Of a stretch of DNA of 64,000 nucleotides, positions 63,391 to 64,000 are shown one piece after another. The translations under genes were made by a program, and so were the position numbers. The notes under the pieces are model-generated. The model saw only the letters and a list, made by a program, of their open reading frames with translations, made no database searches and was not told the origin of the DNA. Within the stretch, counting starts at the first letter, position 1. Every line of letters begins with the position of its first letter. The stretch comes from Oligoflexia bacterium (GTDB taxonomy: Bacteria > Bdellovibrionota > UBA1018 > CAIMNF01): the NCBI GenBank assembly GCA_903845155.1, contig CAIMWN010000018.1:5594-69593 (forward strand). Reading direction: 5' to 3'.

Positions 63391-63419
63391 AGAATGTTTG
63401 TATTATATTATAATTGATT
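63391..63419 (-). promoter_or_regulatory. Consensus sigma70 promoter (TTGACA-17-TATAAT) on the minus strand upstream of 62546-63352
   Basis: Minus-strand TTGACA (63419..63414), exactly 17-nt spacer, TATAAT (63396..63391), about 40 nt upstream of the start codon at 63352. Confidence 0.5.
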
Positions 63420-63505
63420 GTTTTTGTCAAGTATGATATTAAAACCCCTGTCCTTGGTTGTGCTTATGTAATAATATTAGAGCGTGTTGCACACAATGAC
63501 TTTCG

Positions 63506-63961
63506 TTAATGAGTCACTTTGCTGGGTTCAATGATTGGTATTTCGACATCCAAGTCAGCATCGACTTTGTTATTGATGATTTGATTTTTGTTAATGATGT
63601 TGCTAACAGAGACAGCGGTTTGGTTTACGTTCAATTGATGTGCTTGATGGACTGATGAAATTTTTTCTGCCATGAGAAATAAACCAAAAATCATGTTCAA
63701 TTCTATCACTCTTTTTCGGATGGTGTTCAGTATAGTTTTTCTGACCACCTCATTGCGGATGGCATTTAATCGTGGTGATTGATCGGTTGCGAGTTCGGGA
63801 ACACCGGCTTCAGCTTTCAGAAGCGTGGTTCCTTCTTCAAGGTAAAGATCAATTTCATCTGATGTGAAATTGACTTGAGGAAAGTACACGAGTGGATAAC
63901 CGGTGAATAATCCAGCATTAAAAAATGCAACTTTAGCGGCTTTTATTAGAGGCCGATTCAT
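63506..63961 (-). CDS. Hypothetical protein (151 aa)
   Basis: ORF only. No domain recognised. Confidence 0.35.
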   Translation of the reverse strand: MNRPLIKAAKVAFFNAGLFTGYPLVYFPQVNFTSDEIDLYLEEGTTLLKAEAGVPELATDQSPRLNAIRNEVVRKTILNTIRKRVIELNMIFGLFLMAEKISSVHQAHQLNVNQTAVSVSNIINKNQIINNKVDADLDVEIPIIEPSKVTH

Positions 63962-64000
63962 AAACTCCTTTAGAGTATCAGACCAAAGCCGAGGTGTTCT

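Noticed and set aside
1-64000. Search for CRISPR arrays, transposases, integrases or phage genes
   Set aside because: None found: no repeat-spacer periodicity, and the tRNA-Pro has no adjacent integrase. The window looks like core chromosome rather than a mobile island.

Overview
Low-GC bacterial chromosome segment with about 60 genes and dense 4-bp (ATGA) overlaps between co-directional genes. Many predicted secreted hydrolases (S1/P1 nuclease, class-C acid phosphatase, astacin, S1 protease, a large beta-helix protein) and two copies of a TIGR02147-like paralogous family suggest a Bdellovibrio-like predatory organism. This attribution is a tentative inference. Housekeeping anchors are tRNA-Pro(TGG), ppiC, rpoN, lptB, yqeY-dnaG-rpoD and msrBA. 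The outstanding region is a purine-degradation supercluster at 24.1-36.8 kb. It contains xdhABC (+), and divergently guanine deaminase (+) facing a minus-strand operon. That operon holds a PuuD-like membrane urate oxidase whose C-terminus is a type-1-copper cupredoxin (not cytochrome c) and which carries an apparent frameshift in an A6 run, then HIU hydrolase. The third gene encodes one 1582-aa protein fusing a malate-synthase-like domain, an OHCU decarboxylase domain, a complete serine beta-lactamase-fold domain and two allantoicase repeats. The beta-lactamase-fold domain lies exactly where an allantoinase would be expected in the domain order (after OHCU decarboxylase, before allantoicase). 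It is a candidate undescribed class of allantoinase. Other notable loci are an FGGY kinase coupled to a sphingosine-1-phosphate-lyase homologue, a secreted phosphatase-nuclease-C45 amidase operon, a P5C dehydrogenase-aminotransferase-CoA transferase operon with a 23-bp inverted repeat, and several palindromic operator-like arrays. No CRISPR array, transposase or integrase was seen.
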